DNA of 7,123 nucleotides from a virus (Duplodnaviria; Heunggongvirae; Uroviricota; Caudoviricetes): IMG/VR virus record IMGVR_UViG_2737471845_000004; one strand, 5' to 3'. Shown piece by piece: positions 5,455 to 7,123 of this stretch (position 1 is its first letter; each line of letters starts with the position of its first letter). The notes under the pieces were generated by a model. It saw only the letters and a program-made list of their open reading frames with translations, ran no database searches and was not told where the DNA came from. The position numbers and the translations under genes were made by a program.

Positions 5455-6283
5455 GGCTGTTTTCCTCCATGCGACGGGCTAACCAACGTTGGTAATCATC
5501 TGTGAGCTTTGTGAAAAGATTATTTATTGCCTCAGTTCTCCATTTTTCAGCTTCTGACTTAAATTTATCTTTATCACTTATATCTATAATAAACTCGTCA
5601 AAATCAGAGTCTTCAAAAATATCTTTATCTGCAAAATTCTCCCAATCCTCCCTTAATTGATGCAATGTAGACTCTTCAAATCCCCGTGGATATACAGAGT
5701 AGGCCTTTTGGCCTTGCTGAAGAAAAACGCCCCCCACATTGTGAATCAATGAAGCAACATATGGGGAACAAGCTGCACCATAGTTCTTAAGAAAGTTAAT
5801 TGCTGTATCAGATAATATTCTGCAAAGTACTTGTTCGTATTTAGTGTGTTCCTCATGTGCACTAAACCATAAGAACAAGTTTTCGTAGCGTTCTACACCT
5901 TTGTTAACTAATTCTGTCCCAGGAACACCTATTTTTGATGTGTCGATGGCAATTGCTTTAACCGTATCAAAATCAGCAGAAAACCATTCACCAGAACGGC
6001 GTTCTGATGAAAGTTTTGCATGAATAGATAATTCAACTTGTCCGTAATTAACAAATGGCCCCAAAACCTCAACTTTAGTGATTTCGATGCCGCTACCACT
6101 AGATAACTGTTTCATTCTGGCTGAAACATCTCTAGTTTTTCCCACCTTCACTAATCCAATATCAGACAGTGCGACATAGATATAACCACCTTCATGATTA
6201 GATGGGATAACAAAATTTTGTTGGCTCTGGTTTTCAGGCCGAACGAAGCCCCGCCCCTGTACGGGCGTTTTTGGAAATTTCAT
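5447..6283 (-). CDS. T5orf172 (GIY-YIG-like) domain protein (278 aa), low-GC cargo gene
   Basis: ATG at 6283..6281 with AGGAG 5 nt upstream. N-terminal segment GYIYVALSDIGLVKVGKTRDVSARMKQL...GEWFSADFDTVKAI matches the T5orf172/MUG113 pattern (GYVY..KIG.T....RL.QL...EWF). C-terminal half is of unknown function with an acidic tract (DKDIFEDSDFDEFIIDISDKDKF). The gene is visibly AT-rich with TTA/ATA/AGA codons, unlike its neighbours. Confidence 0.8.
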   Translation of the reverse strand: MKFPKTPVQGRGFVRPENQSQQNFVIPSNHEGGYIYVALSDIGLVKVGKTRDVSARMKQLSSGSGIEITKVEVLGPFVNYGQVELSIHAKLSSERRSGEWFSADFDTVKAIAIDTSKIGVPGTELVNKGVERYENLFLWFSAHEEHTKYEQVLCRILSDTAINFLKNYGAACSPYVASLIHNVGGVFLQQGQKAYSVYPRGFEESTLHQLREDWENFADKDIFEDSDFDEFIIDISDKDKFKSEAEKWRTEAINNLFTKLTDDYQRWLARRMEENSHV

Positions 6284-6360
6284 AAAAACTCCTGCTATCG
6301 AATTAAGTTACTTTTATTTGCTGGTGGATAGCTGGGGGCAATAGCCCCGTAGCCATTTAA

Positions 6361-6558
6361 TCAGGTAGCTGTTCCGCGTGATTCCGCAATACGCTGATTA
6401 ATCCACTCGTCAATTTCACTCTCAACGAAAGCAATAGCTCGCGAGCCAATTTTAACTGATGCAGGAAATTTACCTTGCCCCATAAGGCGATAAATCCATG
6501 CCTTGCTATATCCAGTTCTACGCTGAACTTCCGTTAAACGAATAAGCGTATTTGACAT
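6361..6558 (-). CDS. alpA: AlpA/Vis-family phage regulatory protein (MerR-type HTH, excisionase-like; 65 aa)
   Basis: MSNTLIRLTEVQRRTGYSKAWIYRLMGQGKFPASVKIGSRAIAFVESEIDEWINQRIAESRG carries the AlpA-family signature (HTH followed by W.E.EIDEW). GAGG SD with 7-nt spacer before the ATG at 6558. Confidence 0.85.
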   Translation of the reverse strand: MSNTLIRLTEVQRRTGYSKAWIYRLMGQGKFPASVKIGSRAIAFVESEIDEWINQRIAESRGTAT

Positions 6559-6626
6559 ATATTTACCTCATAACGTCTACTCAATTTGACGAGGTAATCA
6601 TGGCACAGAAATAACGAATATTTTCA

Positions 6627-6773
6627 TACCCTCAGGCCTAATGGTAATCGGGAATATTTTTACCCTAAGGGTAATAGTAAAATTGATGGGAAAGCATACA
6701 AAAATACCCTAAGGGTGAGGTCTGATTACCCTTAGGGTGAGACGCGAACAAAACATGAGATACCACTAGGGTA
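6627..6773. repeat. Array of 13-bp palindromes TACCCT-W-AGGGTR upstream of the alpA-like gene
   Basis: Copies at 6661-6673 (TACCCTAAGGGTA), 6705-6717 (TACCCTAAGGGTG), 6727-6739 (TACCCTTAGGGTG), 6761-6773 (TACCACTAGGGTA), and a degenerate copy at 6627-6639 (TACCCTCAGGCCT). Start-to-start spacings are 34, 44, 22 and 34 bp, close to multiples of 11 bp. Confidence 0.55.
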
Positions 6774-6923
6774 AGGCTTCATCGTTTGATAGGACAGGCG
6801 ACAAGCTCAATAGATGCGGCCTGTCGGGAGGTAAAACCTCGTTTTTCAAGCTCAGTAGTAATCGCGCCCTGGTTTCCCCTGGTGGCGCGGAGCCTGTTCA
6901 GGATTCTGTGTAAATACCTTTTC

Positions 6924-7123
6924 TCAGAAGTGGCCGTCCAGGCGGTCACCGAACTCGATAATAAAGCGGCTCATTGCCATACGCCAGTCCCGCAGTGGCA
7001 TCGTCCATTTCTGTGAAGCCGCCTGGATTGCCAGCCACACCACTTTTTTCACCGAGTCGTCTGTCGGGAACACTTTACGCTTTTTGATCGCATGGCGGAT
7101 CACGCTGTTTAGCGACTCGATGG
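6924..7123 (-). CDS. IS256/Mutator-family transposase, C-terminal ~66 codons (5' end beyond window)
   Basis: Minus-strand translation IESLNSVIRHAIKKRKVFPTDDSVKKVVWLAIQAASQKWTMPLRDWRMAMSRFIIEFGDRLDGHF with TGA stop at 6926..6924 carries the conserved Mutator-family C-terminal signature (IESxN ... FP ... KW ... W). The IS terminus should lie below 6924 but could not be placed. Confidence 0.75.
   Translation of the reverse strand, partial: IESLNSVIRHAIKKRKVFPTDDSVKKVVWLAIQAASQKWTMPLRDWRMAMSRFIIEFGDRLDGHF

Noticed and set aside
5254..5505. Plus-strand ORF 5254-5505
   Set aside because: GTG start with only a weak SD-like sequence; overlaps the 3' end of the T5orf172 gene and the coupled ORF start at 5454; the opposite strand looks more coding.
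6335..6348. Terminator between the alpA-like gene and the T5orf172 gene (GGGGC-AATA-GCCCC hairpin)
   Set aside because: Only a 5-bp stem and no U-tract on the transcribed strand; the two genes are more likely co-transcribed or the hairpin is a minor RNA structure.
6786..7016. Plus-strand ORF 6786-7016
   Set aside because: Antisense to the conserved C-terminus of the IS256-family transposase.

Overview
This 7.1 kb window looks like the replication and regulation core of an integrative phage-satellite-type island (P4-like or PICI-like, enterobacterial style), encoded almost entirely on the minus strand. All calls rest on reading the sequence and recalled family signatures; no database search was run. 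From high to low coordinates on the minus strand: the 3' end of an IS256/Mutator-family transposase gene (6924-7123); an array of 13-bp palindromes; an AlpA/Vis-family regulator; a low-GC gene for a T5orf172 (GIY-YIG-like) domain protein; an apparently real ORF start at 5454 that has no stop of its own; a divergent promoter/operator region (~4400-4500); a tightly coupled operon of five small genes ending in a primase-helicase; an iteron-type origin (718-1089); and a ProQ/FinO-domain gene coupled to a PerC-like gene that runs off the window start. The only convincing plus-strand genes are a small cassette at 4517-5156 (ribbon-helix-helix-like protein, a 59-aa basic protein, and a terminator) that sits antisense inside the 496-aa track ORF, which I therefore treat as a chimera. 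The best candidates for something undescribed are the low-GC T5orf172 cargo gene with its broken partner ORF, and the opposite-strand RHH cassette with its operator array. No tRNA, rRNA, CRISPR array or integrase was seen in the window.
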